Shown one piece after another: positions 1 through 10,313 of a DNA stretch of 64,000 nt. The notes under the pieces are model-generated. The model saw only the letters and a program-made list of their open reading frames with translations. It made no database searches and was not told the DNA's origin. The stretch covers positions 671,832 to 735,831 of the forward strand of contig CAWJXH010000003.1 of assembly GCA_963846805.1 (NCBI GenBank), given 5' to 3'. This DNA is from an uncultured Chloroflexia bacterium. GTDB lineage: Bacteria; Chloroflexota; Anaerolineae; Anaerolineales; Villigracilaceae. The translations under genes and the position numbers were made by a program. Position 1 is the stretch's first letter; each line of letters begins with the position of its first letter.

Positions 1-1468
1 CGCATAGCCCAGGATTTCGGAGGTCTGTGGGCTCAGGTAGGTAAGGACGTTGTCCGGAGTACGGGAAAAGTACACGTTTTGCGTGTGATCAATGATGCCG
101 CTAAGCCTTTCCTCGTTCGCACGCAGAGCTTCTTCCGCCGCCTTGCGCTCCGTTATATCGCGGTAGTTGCCGACCAGAGCCTGAATGCCTGGCTCTTCCA
201 GCTTATTGCTGATTATCAGTTCCAACCATCGGTAGGTTCCGTCTTGGTGCCTGAGTTCGAACCTCGGTGGTGACTATGTCGCATGGCGATTCCAGGACCG
301 TGTCGTAGGCTTCCACGAGCCTGGCTGCATCCTCCGGGTGCACATACTCGGCGACGTTCAGGCCCTGTACTTCTTCCGGCTCAAAGCCCAGGATTCTCTT
401 GACCGCAGGACTCTGGTAGATCACATTTCCATCGCGTGTGTATAGAGCCGTACCATCCAGGCTGTTTTCTATTAGAACGCGGAAACGCGACTGCTCTTCC
501 AACAGGCTCTTCTCAATGCGCCTTCTGGAGGTCACATCCTCAACCAGCGCCTGCACGCACTGCTGCCCGTTGTAAAGAATCGGTGCGAGGGTCAGCAGAG
601 TATCGTACTGGCTTCCGTCCTTGCGCTTGAACTTAACAGGCTCGCTGACAACCCGCCCGTCGTGGACGAGCATTTGGTTGAGCCGGCTCCGTTCCTGCGG
701 ATCGGCATAAAGCTGCTCAATGGAATCCAACTGCTCGATGTCTTCTTCTGAATATCCGCCGGGTTCAAGGATGGCGTGGTTGAACGCAAGGATTTTCCCC
801 TGTTGATCGGCGACCCCGATTCCAATGGGAGCGCTCTGGAACAACAGCCGGTAACGCTCCTCTTGTTCCCGCAAGGCACGTTCGGAAACCTTATAACTCG
901 TGATATCCGTGACGAAACCCTCTATGTGAGCCGGCTGCCCATGCTCGTCCTGGATGACCCGGGCCGTTGTGGATGTCCAAATGACTGTTCCGTCTTTGCG
1001 ATAATTCCTTGCCTCGAACTTCTTGATAAAGCCGTTCCGAAGGAGATTCTGGATGAACTGCTCGCCCATCTTGATCTCCACCTGGATTGACCGGCCGGTT
1101 TGGCCCATGGCTAGCATCAGCTCTTCGGGCAAATCGTAGCCGTAGATGCGGGCCATGGCTGGATTGACCCTGAGATACCGACCTTCCAGAGTGGATTGAA
1201 AAATGCCCTCCAGCGCCTGCTCAAAAATGCTGCCGAGGTCCCGCTCGCTGCTCCGACGCCTCCTGTTTTCGATGGCAAGATACCAGTACAGGACGAAAGC
1301 AGATACTGCAACGAAGAACCACCCTTTGTAGGTTTGTGCTGTGGTCAACTGTGCAGGGTCTTTGAGAATTGCCGCTGCTACCCGGTCGGACAGGAGAATC
1401 CATAATCCGCCGATCAGGAGATAGGCGATTGACACGCGCGCGGCCATCGGCAAACGTCGGATTGTCAT
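1..1468 (-). CDS. Membrane-anchored multi-PAS sensor protein (3-prime end runs off window; frame broken near 258-268)
   Basis: ORF 203-1492(-) has two N-terminal hydrophobic helices followed by repeated PAS-like blocks. Below 270 another frame continues RFELRHQDGTYRWLE...ITERKAAEEALRANEERL..., the same protein after a 1-nt indel. ATG at 1468 preferred over TTG at 1492. Confidence 0.8.
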
Positions 1469-1627
1469 GAAGGAGACAGGACTGGAGGACAAAGCGCTGC
1501 GATTATCAGCCCATTTTAATCAAGAAGCGTGCAGGCCGCGGCCAATGTACGTGGTTTGATATGCAGTAGCAAGATATGCAGCGATTTCCCCACGGAGCCT
1601 TTTCAAGAATGCAAACCCCGATTCAAA

Positions 1628-1653
1628 TGAGAAAAGCGAGTCGAGCGACTCGC
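1628..1653 (-). terminator. Rho-independent terminator after the tRNA operon
   Basis: Inverted repeat gcgagtcg/cgactcgc (1636-1653), followed on the minus strand by TTTTCTC. Confidence 0.6.
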
Positions 1654-1658
1654 TCATG

Positions 1659-1729
1659 AGGCGTCGACGGGATTCGAACCCGTGATGAGGGTTTTGCAGA
1701 CCCTTGCCTTACCACTTGGCCACGACGCC
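1659..1729 (-). tRNA. tRNA-Cys (GCA)
   Basis: Hand-folded cloverleaf: acceptor GGCGTCG/CGACGCC, anticodon loop CTGCAAA, T-loop GGTTCGAATCC. No encoded CCA. Confidence 0.9.
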
Positions 1730-1745
1730 GGTTGAAAAAAACCAG

Positions 1746-1817
<72 letters not shown>

Positions 1818-1846
1818 AGGTCTTGGCCGCTCTTACTGGCCGAGAG

Positions 1847-1919
1847 TGCCGAGACCCAGAATCGAACTGGGGACACCGCGATTTTCAGTCGCGTGCTCTA
1901 CCAACTGAGCTATCTCGGC
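1847..1919 (-). tRNA. tRNA-Phe (GAA)
   Basis: GCCGAGATAGCTCAGTTGGTAGAGC D-arm, anticodon loop CTGAAAA, T-arm CCCAGTTCGATTCTGGG. No encoded CCA. Confidence 0.9.
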
Positions 1920-1946
1920 CAGATGTTGGGTAGTTAAGCGTGCGGA

Positions 1947-1975
1947 ATTTTACTAGACGAACATGGGATTGTCAA
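1947..1975 (-). promoter_or_regulatory. Sigma70-type promoter of the tRNA-Phe/Gly/Cys operon
   Basis: Minus strand reads TTGACA-N17-TAAAAT, ending about 28 nt upstream of the tRNA-Phe 5-prime end. Confidence 0.65.
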
Positions 1976-2035
1976 GCAAAGCCCGTCAAAAACGGCCCAG
2001 GCAGTCGTCGAAAGCGCCGAATCAGGCGGCGTATC

Positions 2036-2064
2036 TTGACCAAGGCCCTCTTCGGCACTACAAT
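2036..2064 (+). promoter_or_regulatory. Sigma70-type promoter of ffh
   Basis: TTGACC-N17-TACAAT, 24 nt upstream of the ffh ATG and divergent from the tRNA promoter. Confidence 0.6.
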
Positions 2065-2088
2065 CCCCAACCGCTCCGAAGTCAAATC

Positions 2089-3412
2089 ATGTTTGAAACA
2101 CTTACCGGCCGTCTGAACCAGGTTTTTGACCAGCTTCGCCGTCGCGGCAAATTGAGCGAGGCCGACGTGGATGCAGCCTTGCGCGAAGTGCGGCTCGCGC
2201 TGCTCGAAGCCGACGTTCACTTCAGCGTGGTCAAGACGTTCATCGCGGCCGTGCGCCTGCGCGCAGTAGGTGCGGAGGTTTCCAAAGCGCTGAACCCCGG
2301 GCAGCAGGTTGTCAAGATCGTCAATGAGGAATTGATTTCCACCCTGGGTGAGAGTGCGCCGTTGAACCTATCCGGCCCAAAGCCGCGGATCATCATGCTT
2401 GTCGGCCTGCAAGGGTCGGGCAAAACCACCGCGGCCGGCAAACTCGCCCGCTTGCTTCGGTCAAAAGGCGAACGGGTCATGCTGGTGGCGGCCGATCCGT
2501 ATCGACCCGCCGCGGTACAGCAACTGCAGCAGTTAGGTGAGCGAATTGACGTCCCCGTTGAATCCGATCTGAACATGAAACCGCCCGAGCTTGCCGCAGC
2601 GCGCGTTTGACAAAGCCTCAAAAGGCGGATTCGGCGTGGTGATCCTGGATACGGCCGGCCGTTCTCAGCTGGACGAAGAATTAATGGCCGAGCTGAAGTC
2701 CATTGCAGCCCGCGTGACACCCACTGAAACTCTCTTGATCGTGGATTCGATGACGGGGCAGGAGGCTCTGAATATCGCTCAGGGCTTTCGTGATCATGTC
2801 TCAATCACCGGATTGATCCTAACTAAAATGGATGGCGACGCCCGCGGCGGCGCCGCGATCTCGATCCGTTCGGTGACCGGCGTTCCGATCAAGTATCTGG
2901 GCACTGGCGAAAAGCTGGATGCCCTGGAAGCGTACGATCCCGCGCGCGTGGCGTCGCGCATCCTGGGCATGGGAGATATGCTCGGTCTGATCGAAAGGGC
3001 GGAAGCCGCCTTCGACACTCAATCGGCTCAAAAACAGGCCGATAAATTGATGAAGGGGCAATTCACGCTCGAAGACTGGCTGGAGCAGATGAGACAGGTG
3101 AAGAAGATGGGCTCGATGAGCCAGATCATGGACATGCTGCCCGGACAATTTGGCCAGGCCGCACGGCAGGCAAATCCGCAGGATGTCGAGAAGAATATGC
3201 AGCAATCCGAGGCTATCATCTTCTCGATGACCCTCAAAGAGCGGCGCAACCCCGACCTGCTGAATGCCTCCCGCCGCCGCCGCATTGCCGCCGGTTCGGG
3301 AACCGATGTGCAGGAAGTGAACCGTCTCATCAAGCAGTTCCGCGAAGCCCAGAAGCTGGTCAAGATGATACAGAAATCCGGCGGCCGCGGCTTGCCAAAG
3401 TTGTTCGGCTAA
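2089..3412 (+). CDS. ffh: Signal recognition particle protein Ffh (frame broken near 2595-2606)
   Basis: MFETLTGRL N-terminus, GLQGSGKTT P-loop, DTAGR, TKMDGDARGGAA and the M-domain RRRRIAAGSG. ORFs 1963-2610 and 2591-3412 are contiguous Ffh sequence in two frames. Confidence 0.95.
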
Positions 3413-3558
3413 CGTAACTCGGCTACTGCCTGTCGGGGCATTCCAAAAAACCATTCTTCCGCCGCCCCGCACAAAACGGGCCACTTCTCTCCTCCTTCCT
3501 CTCTTCACACCCAATTCACAACCCAACCCTATACTTCCGTTCAGAATTCACAAAAGGA

Positions 3559-3970
3559 GTGAAAATGGACGGAAAAATCGGTTTACGGATCGTATCGGCG
3601 CTGGTGCTCATAGCCGCAATAGTAGGCATTGGCGTCTTCGCTTTCAACGCAGGTGTCGCACAGGGCGTCGCGGCGAAATTGCCGGCAGCAACCTCAGGGA
3701 ACGTTCCATATCCTTATTACGGCATGCCGTTTGTATGGCATCCATTTTGGGGATTTGGATTCTTCGGCCTCCTGATCGCATTGTTCCTGCTGTTTGTCGC
3801 CCTGCCGCGCGCTGCGCTTCCTTTTCTGGGGACCACGCTGGGGATACGGCGGCCAAATGCACCGGAGTCACTGGCGCAACGGCTGGGGCGAGAACGGCGT
3901 GCCCCCGATGTTCCAGGAAATGCATGACCGCGCCCACGGAAAAGTTGGCTCTGAAAAGAAAGATGAGTAG
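3559..3970 (+). CDS. Small membrane protein with Trp/Gly/His-rich C-terminal tail (frame broken near 3805)
   Basis: RBS AAGGAG upstream and two hydrophobic helices. After a 1-nt shift the tail reads RALRFLFWGPRWGYGGQMHRSHWRNGWGENGVPPMFQEMHDRAH...; no known function. Confidence 0.6.
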
Positions 3971-3982
3971 GCTTCGGCAGAG

Positions 3983-4016
3983 TGCAGGTCGGATTCGAAT
4001 CCGACCTGCATCTTTT
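3983..4016 (+). terminator. Rho-independent terminator
   Basis: tgcaggtcgga/tccgacctgca 11-bp stem followed by TCTTTT. Confidence 0.75.
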
Positions 4017-4052
4017 CCCATAAGCATAAGCGCATGAACTGGGAGAGCAATA

Positions 4053-4502
4053 ATGAAGAACCATAGAATCAAACCGCCGGCATATCTATTTATCGCTATT
4101 ATCCTTACGATCGCCTTGAATTTTCTGTTGCCCGCCGGGATGCTCATCCCGGTGCCATGGACTCTTATTGGAATTATTCCTGTTGCGGTCGGCCTGGTCA
4201 TCAACGTCAATGCCGACCGCACTTTACACAAGGCTCATACCGAAGTTTGTCCCTATGCCACGCCTTCCGCGCTAGTCGCAGACGGCCCATATCGTTTGAC
4301 CCGCAACCCGATGTATCTCGGCTTTGTGCTTATCCTGATTGGGGTGGCTGTTCTGCTGGGGTCGCTTGCACCGATCGTAATTGTGATTGCCTTTGCATTC
4401 CTGATGGATCGGCAGTTCATCAGGATGGAAGAGCAGAAGCTGGCGGAAACGTTTGGGGTGGAGTGGCAGGCCTACGCGGCGAGGACGCGACGATGGATAT
4501 AG
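4053..4502 (+). CDS. Isoprenylcysteine carboxyl methyltransferase (ICMT/PEMT) family membrane protein
   Basis: Multi-TM protein with the family hallmark GPYRLTRNPMYLG and the C-terminal EE..L...FG..Y..Y motif. Confidence 0.8.
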   Translation: MKNHRIKPPAYLFIAIILTIALNFLLPAGMLIPVPWTLIGIIPVAVGLVINVNADRTLHKAHTEVCPYATPSALVADGPYRLTRNPMYLGFVLILIGVAVLLGSLAPIVIVIAFAFLMDRQFIRMEEQKLAETFGVEWQAYAARTRRWI

Positions 4503-4759
4503 ATGGCCTTACACAACTTGTCTGCTTGCGATGCGGAGAAGGCGGCGTGGTAGCAGCGATGCAGGCGGGCAATGCTTCAAAGCTCCGACGCTTGATGGAG
4601 ATGGGCCTCGCCCTTGGAATAAGGATTGACCTAATCCAAAAAGATTCTCGGAACGTGTTGATCTTTGCCGGGCAGCATGAGCTCGCCCTGGATCGCGACA
4701 TGGCTTCGTGCGTCTTTGTGCGGGTCGCCGCTTCGGTGCGGATGGAAACTGTGCGATAA
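4493..4759 (+). CDS. FeoA-domain protein
   Basis: 88 aa. The L..L..GE.G.V....... KLRRLMEMGL.LG..I.L......N.... ...ELAL.R.MA..V.V pattern is typical of the FeoA/DtxR SH3-like domain. Overlaps the ICMT stop by 10 nt. No feoB in the window. Confidence 0.65.
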   Translation: MDIDGLTQLVCLRCGEGGVVAAMQAGNASKLRRLMEMGLALGIRIDLIQKDSRNVLIFAGQHELALDRDMASCVFVRVAASVRMETVR

Positions 4760-4770
4760 TTAAGGAAAGC

Positions 4771-5460
4771 ATGTCGAAGAAAATCCTCGTTGTGGATGAT
4801 GAACCGAAAATCACACAGCTCGTGAGTGACTACCTCACACGCGCTGGCTATGCGGTTGAGGTGGCCCACGACGGCAAAATGGCCCTATCGCATACCCGCA
4901 CCGATAAGCCCGACCTGGTCGTGCTGGACCTTGGCCTGCCGCACCTGGACGGGCTGGATTTCACCCGCGAGATTCGCAAGACCTCCAACGTGCCGATCAT
5001 CATGCTGACTGCCCGGTCTGAAGAATCGGACAAGTTGATCGGTCTGGAGCTGGGCGCGGACGATTACATCACCAAGCCGTTCAGTCCAAAAGAATTGGTG
5101 GCACGCGTCCGGGCTGTCTTTCGCAGGATGGAGAACGCGGTGGCAGCCGGTTCCGAGATTATCCGGTTGGAAGACCTGACCCTGGATGTCCCACGCCTGC
5201 GAGTCTCCGCAAACGGGCGCGAGATTGAAGAGCTGACCCCCACCGAATTTGAGCTGCTTGCGGCCCTGGCTCGACAGCCGGGACGTGTTTTCACCCGCGC
5301 TCAATTGCTGGAGGCAATTCACGGCGTGGCCTTCGAGTCGTACGAGCGGGCCATCGATGCCCATATCAAGAACATCCGCCGGAAGATCGAGGTCAAGCCG
5401 GGCGAGCCGAAATACGTGCTCACCGTTTATGGTGTGGGATATCGGTTTTCTGACAAATAG
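4771..5460 (+). CDS. OmpR-family response regulator
   Basis: Receiver domain (ILVVDDEP...DLVVLDLGLP...KPF) plus winged-helix output (LTPTEFELL...VYGVGYRF). RBS AAGGAAAG upstream. Confidence 0.95.
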   Translation: MSKKILVVDDEPKITQLVSDYLTRAGYAVEVAHDGKMALSHTRTDKPDLVVLDLGLPHLDGLDFTREIRKTSNVPIIMLTARSEESDKLIGLELGADDYITKPFSPKELVARVRAVFRRMENAVAAGSEIIRLEDLTLDVPRLRVSANGREIEELTPTEFELLAALARQPGRVFTRAQLLEAIHGVAFESYERAIDAHIKNIRRKIEVKPGEPKYVLTVYGVGYRFSDK

Positions 5461-5465
5461 CAGAC

Positions 5466-6635
5466 ATGCCTCAGCCTCACCTCTCTCAGCGTGATACACC
5501 GTGGTGGTCCGAACGTGGGTCTGATAGCCGGCGCCCGCCGTGGTGGCCCGAAAACGAGGAATGGCCGCCCCGCGGCCGTCGTCACTGGCGGCGTATCGGC
5601 AGGCACAATCCCTTCTTCCGCAGGCTCGGCTGCCTTTTCGCTGTCTCCTACTTGTTGGGCCTGGCATTCTTATTCCTCGTAGTCAGCCTTGTCTTGGGTG
5701 CGCTGGGAATTGCCCATTTTTCAATCGGGCAATTTCAGCCTCTCATGCCTTTCGTCGCTGTTCTTCTCATTCTGTTGATTGTGATGGTGTTTCTCGCCGG
5801 CCGGAATCTTCGACGCATGTCCATGCCGCTCGACGATCTATTGGCGGCCTCGGGCCGTGTGGCTGACGGAGACTATTCGGCTCGGGTCGAGGAACGCGGC
5901 CCTTCGGAGGTTCGATCCCTCGCGCAAGCCTTCAATTCCATGGCTTCACGCTTGCAGATCAGCGACGGGCAGCGGCGGGCCATGCTGGCCGATGTGACGC
6001 ACGAACTCCGGACTCCGCTGACCATCATTCAAGGCAATCTCGAGGGCGTCCTGGACGGCATTTATCCGGCCGATGAAGCCCGATTGAGATCCATCCTGGA
6101 AGAGACCCAAATACTGTCCCGCCTCACAGACGATTTGCGGACTCTGTCGCTGGCCGAGAGCGGTTCACTGCAGTTGAAACGCGAACCAACAGACCTGCTC
6201 CGCCTTGTGCGTGAGACCGCGGCGGCTTTTGAATCCCAGGCTGCTAACGCCGGGGTGAAGGTCGAAGTGACCTCGCAGGCAACCGGCGCACTGTCCCTGG
6301 ACATTGACGCAGAACGCATTCGACAAGTGTTGACAAATCTGATTTCGAACGCCGTGCGTTATTCGCCTCGGGGCGGGCTGGTGGTTGTGAGCCTGACAGA
6401 ATCCGGCGCCGGTTCGGATAGGCATGCGCTCGTCTCCGTCGCCGACAACGGCCCTGGCATCGCTTCCGCGGACCTGGCGCACGTATTTGACCGATACTAT
6501 AAGTCGGCGGACTTACACGGCATGGGGCTGGGCTTGTCGATAGCCAGGTACATCGTTGAGGCTCATGGCGGGGAGATCAAGGCTGACAGCGCCTCCGGGC
6601 ACGGGACCACCATTTCATTTTCCCTTCCGGCTTAA
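5466..6635 (+). CDS. Sensor histidine kinase (HAMP-HisKA-HATPase_c)
   Basis: H-box DVTHELRTPLT, N-box NLISNAVRYSP, G-boxes DNGPGI and GLGLSIA. Two TM helices and a Trp/Arg/Pro-rich cytoplasmic N-terminus. Confidence 0.95.
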   Translation: MPQPHLSQRDTPWWSERGSDSRRPPWWPENEEWPPRGRRHWRRIGRHNPFFRRLGCLFAVSYLLGLAFLFLVVSLVLGALGIAHFSIGQFQPLMPFVAVLLILLIVMVFLAGRNLRRMSMPLDDLLAASGRVADGDYSARVEERGPSEVRSLAQAFNSMASRLQISDGQRRAMLADVTHELRTPLTIIQGNLEGVLDGIYPADEARLRSILEETQILSRLTDDLRTLSLAESGSLQLKREPTDLLRLVRETAAAFESQAANAGVKVEVTSQATGALSLDIDAERIRQVLTNLISNAVRYSPRGGLVVVSLTESGAGSDRHALVSVADNGPGIASADLAHVFDRYYKSADLHGMGLGLSIARYIVEAHGGEIKADSASGHGTTISFSLPA

Positions 6636-6753
6636 TTCTCTGGTAGAATAAGCGCTTGTGGGTTTTGGGCTTGCGAGGCGCATCCTTTCGCGCACCCTCT
6701 CTCGTTTGCTTGGGCCACGACAACTGACAATAAACTGAAGGAGAACGTTCTCG

Positions 6754-7098
6754 ATGGTTCGCATTCGTTTCCGTCGTATCGGTTTGAAGGGACAGCCCTC
6801 GTATCGCATCGTGGCGGCTGACAAGGAATCCGCCCGCGATGGCCGCTTCCTGGAAATCCTTGGTTTCTATAATCCTCGAACTGACCCTGCAACGCTGAAT
6901 GTCAAGGAAGATCGCATTTACCATTGGATGAAGAATGGAGCCTTGCCGACAGAATCCGTTGGACAGGTCTTCAAGAGCTCGGGCGTACTGGATCGTTTTG
7001 AGCGATTCAAGAAGGGTGAGGCCGTGGAGACCCTGCTGGGCGAAGCCGCCGAAGCCACAACCAAACGGGCCTCGCCCGTCAAGACTCGTAAAGACTAG
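6754..7098 (+). CDS. rpsP: 30S ribosomal protein S16
   Basis: MVRIRFRRIGLKGQPSYRIVAADKESARDGRFLEILGFYNP is canonical bS16. Confidence 0.97.
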   Translation: MVRIRFRRIGLKGQPSYRIVAADKESARDGRFLEILGFYNPRTDPATLNVKEDRIYHWMKNGALPTESVGQVFKSSGVLDRFERFKKGEAVETLLGEAAEATTKRASPVKTRKD

Positions 7099-7195
7099 GT
7101 TTGCCGCACAATTGAGCGTACCGCTTTGGGGTGCCGCGGCGGTTGATTGCTGCTGACGGTTTTTCTCCAGGGCCTTACGACGATATCGAGCGATT

Positions 7196-7432
7196 ATGAA
7201 AGACCTCATTGAATTCATCGCTAAATGCCTGGTGGAGCATGCAGACCAGGTGGAAGTTCGCGAATTTGGAGGCGGCGACCGTATCCGCCTTGAGTTGAGC
7301 GTTGCCAAGGAAGACATGGGGCGGGTCATCGGCAGGAGCGGCAAGGTGGCCAACTCCATCCGCACTCTCCTGCGGGTGGCGGCTGAACGCGAAGGGAAAC
7401 AGGCCACTCTCGATGTGGTCGAGCCGGAGTAA
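7196..7432 (+). CDS. KH-domain RNA-binding protein (YlqC/UPF0109 family)
   Basis: 78 aa with the GRVIGRSGK KH motif, in the conserved position between rpsP and rimM. Confidence 0.9.
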   Translation: MKDLIEFIAKCLVEHADQVEVREFGGGDRIRLELSVAKEDMGRVIGRSGKVANSIRTLLRVAAEREGKQATLDVVEPE

Positions 7433-8001
7433 TGGCCCCCCGGAAGAAATCAAGCAAGGCTGATTCAGGCTCGCCATCACCTGGTGAGCCTGAATATTTA
7501 GTAGTGGGTTACCTGCGGCGAACGCACGGCGTTGGCGGCGAAATGGTCATGGAAGTCCACACGGACTTTCCCGAGCGCCTCCGGCCGGACGTGGGAGTCT
7601 TCGTCGGCGACGACTTTCAGCCGCTGATCATTAGCGGCGCGCGGCCGCACAACGAAGGCATGCTCATCAAGTTTCAGGGCCTGGATTCGCCGGAGGCGGC
7701 CGGCCGTTTCCGCAATCGGGCTGTGTACGTTAAGACATCAGATCGTCCTGCGCTGCCCGCGGGCCAGTATTATCACCATCAGTTGATCGGCTTCTCCGTC
7801 GTCGATGAAAATCACGAGCGGCTCGGCTCGTTGACCGAGATCATGCAGACCGGGGCAAATGAAGTGTATGTCGTTACGCGTGCCGACAATACCGAAGTGC
7901 TCCTTCCGGTTATCCCGTCCGTTGTATTGCGGGTACAGCCTGACAGCCGGGAAATCCTCGTGCATTTGCTCCCCGGCCTGATCGAGGACAAGGGAGCCTA
8001 G
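7432..8001 (+). CDS. rimM: 16S rRNA processing protein RimM
   Basis: Position after rpsP-KH. GVGGE...G..F.... and the PRC-barrel C-terminus (EVYVV......VLLP). Confidence 0.9.
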   Translation: MAPRKKSSKADSGSPSPGEPEYLVVGYLRRTHGVGGEMVMEVHTDFPERLRPDVGVFVGDDFQPLIISGARPHNEGMLIKFQGLDSPEAAGRFRNRAVYVKTSDRPALPAGQYYHHQLIGFSVVDENHERLGSLTEIMQTGANEVYVVTRADNTEVLLPVIPSVVLRVQPDSREILVHLLPGLIEDKGA

Positions 8002-8091
8002 ATTTGGGATGACGACCTGCCTCTCCCAATCCCGGGCATCGCCCATCTAGTATTTGATATCGAGCACGGAAAACGGACTGCGAAGTTCTTC

Positions 8092-9199
8092 ATGGACGAC
8101 AAGCGCTATTGGGTTGGCTTTAATCTCGTACGGGGTATTGGCGCCGTCCGCCTTCAGGCGTTGATGGATCAGTTTGGCGATGCCCGTGCGGCCTGGGAAG
8201 GAACTCCGGACGACTGGCGCGCGGCTGGCCTGGGCGCAAAAGTCATCGAGCGTCTCCTGGAGGTCCGCGACAGCGTAGACCTGGAAAGGCTCTGGGACCG
8301 GATCCTTGCACAGGGCATTCACATCCTTACCTGGAGCGACGAGGCGTATCCGCCGCGCCTGAAAGAGATTGAACAGCCGCCGCCTGTCCTTTTATGTTCG
8401 CGGCGAATTGCTGCCTGAGGATCATTTTGCGGTCGCGATCGTAGGGACGCGGAGAATAACCTCCTACGGGCGGCAGATCACGGAGGAGCTGGCTGCGTTT
8501 CTAGGCGCCAGCGGCGTGACCGTGGTCAGCGGCCTTGCGCGTGGAGTTGATGCCGTGGCGCATTCGGCCGCCGTAAAGGCCGGTGGGCGAACTGTGGCCG
8601 TCCTTGGATCGGGTGTCGATCGGATTTATCCTCCTGAGAATCGGGCGCTGGCCGAACAAATAATGTCGCGGGGTGCGTTGGTCAGCGATTACCCCGTGGG
8701 AACCGCGCCCGAAAGCAGCAACTTTCCACCCCGCAATCGCATCATCTCGGGTTTATCATTGGCCGTCATCGTCGTCGAGGCCGGTGAAACCAGCGGTGCG
8801 TTGATCACCGCAGGTTTTGCCGCCGAGCAGGGGCGTGAAGTGTTTGCAGTTCCCGGCAGTATCCTCGCGCCCCAGAGCAAAGGCACCAACAAATTGATTC
8901 AGAACGGTGCGCTTCCGCTGCTTGTTCCCGCAGACTTGTTGCAGGCATTGAATCTGACCCGGTTCAGTGAACAGAAGGCTGCTCGAAGGATCCTGCCTGC
9001 GGATGAGGTGGAAGCGAAGGTGATGAACGCGCTTGGCAACGAGCCGCTGCACGTGGATGAGATCCGCAATCAAACGGGCCTGCCTGTGGAGAAGGTGTCC
9101 GCTGCCCTCGTGATGATGGAACTCAAGGGCATGGTCCGCCAGGTTGGCGGAATGCATTACGTTGCGGTTCGTGAGGTACAATCGGGCTACTCTGCCTAA
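8092..9199 (+). CDS. dprA: DNA-processing protein DprA/Smf (frame broken in T-run 8390-8393)
   Basis: ORFs 8092-8418 and 8369-9199 join as ...EIEQPPPVL/YVRGELLPEDHFAVAIVGTRRITSYG...SGLARGVDAVAH...NFPPRNRIISGL... plus a C-terminal winged helix. Confidence 0.9.
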
Positions 9200-9208
9200 G
9201 GACCTGAC

Positions 9209-10300
9209 ATGAACGAACACGATTATGCCGTCATTATGGCCGGTGGTGGTGGTACGCGCCTGTGGCCTCTCTCGAGAAAGGATCGCCCGAAGCAGCTCTT
9301 GCCTCTTTTCGGTGAAGAGACTCTATTTCAGGGCACGGTTGCCAGACTTCAGGGTCTTGTGCCGCCTGAGCGGATTCTGGTGGTTACTGTGGAGGAGCAG
9401 GCCAGTGAAATGAAGGTTCAGGTACCGGAAATTCCGGCGCAGAATTACTTGATCGAGCCCGCGCCGCGCGGCACGGCCTCCGTCGTCGGATTGGCCGCAA
9501 CCGTATTGCGTTTGCGTGATCCCGAGGCCGCCATGGCCGTTCTCCCATCCGACCATTTCATTCGTAATCGCGATCTGTTTCATTATCTGCTGCGCGAAGC
9601 CTTCGAGGTGGCGAAACAGGGCCACTTGGTAACGTTGGGCATAACGCCGGTGCATCCTTCCACGGCCTACGGTTATATTCAGCAGGGTGAGCGGCTGCAC
9701 GGCAAATTCACCTATCCCGTCTACACGGTTCGTCGGTTCAAGGAAAAGCCGGATGAGAAAACTGCGCAGGAATTCATGCGTTCCGGAGATCATTCATGGA
9801 ACAGCGGCATGTTTATCTGGCGGGCAGATGCAATTCTTGCGGAAATCCAGCGCCAGATGCCTGAGCTGGATTCGGCGTTGAAGCAGGTGGCTTCAGCCTG
9901 GGGAACGAGCGACCAGCTGGCGGTTTTGAAATCCTCCTGGCTCACGCTGAAGACCGCGACGATTGATTACGGCGTCATGGAGAGCGCCGCACACGTGGTA
10001 GTATTGCCCGCTGGCGGTCTGGGCTGGAACGACGTCGGCTCCTGGGATACGCTCTTCGACGTAATGTTCCCCGATATGGACGGCAATGTTTCCAGCACGG
10101 CACAGCACCTTGCTTTGGAAACGCACAATACCCTGGTGTACGGTAATAACGCTGAGCGTCTCATCGTCACAATTGGAATGGACGATTCGGTCATCGTGGA
10201 CGCCGGTGATGTCCTGCTTGTGTGCAAATCAGACCAGGCGCAAAAAGTTCGGGATGTGGTGGAGCACTTGAAGAAGCACAGGCAGGAGAAATACCTTTGA
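9209..10300 (+). CDS. Mannose-1-phosphate guanylyltransferase (NTP-transferase family)
   Basis: N-terminus AVIMAGGGGTRLWPLSR..RPKQLL, typical ManC/CpsB-type length, no PMI domain. Confidence 0.85.
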   Translation: MNEHDYAVIMAGGGGTRLWPLSRKDRPKQLLPLFGEETLFQGTVARLQGLVPPERILVVTVEEQASEMKVQVPEIPAQNYLIEPAPRGTASVVGLAATVLRLRDPEAAMAVLPSDHFIRNRDLFHYLLREAFEVAKQGHLVTLGITPVHPSTAYGYIQQGERLHGKFTYPVYTVRRFKEKPDEKTAQEFMRSGDHSWNSGMFIWRADAILAEIQRQMPELDSALKQVASAWGTSDQLAVLKSSWLTLKTATIDYGVMESAAHVVVLPAGGLGWNDVGSWDTLFDVMFPDMDGNVSSTAQHLALETHNTLVYGNNAERLIVTIGMDDSVIVDAGDVLLVCKSDQAQKVRDVVEHLKKHRQEKYL

Positions 10301-10313
10301 GTTTGGAGAGTAA

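Noticed and set aside
2590-2610. Programmed ribosomal frameshifting as an explanation for the split genes
   Set aside because: The breaks occur in more than a dozen unrelated genes not known to use recoding. They lack a common slippery heptamer or downstream structure, and they go in both directions. Consensus indel error is far more likely.
4157-4492. 5-prime two-thirds of ORF 4157-4759
   Set aside because: It overlaps the ICMT-family gene in another frame. Only the part from ATG 4493 shows a FeoA-like pattern.
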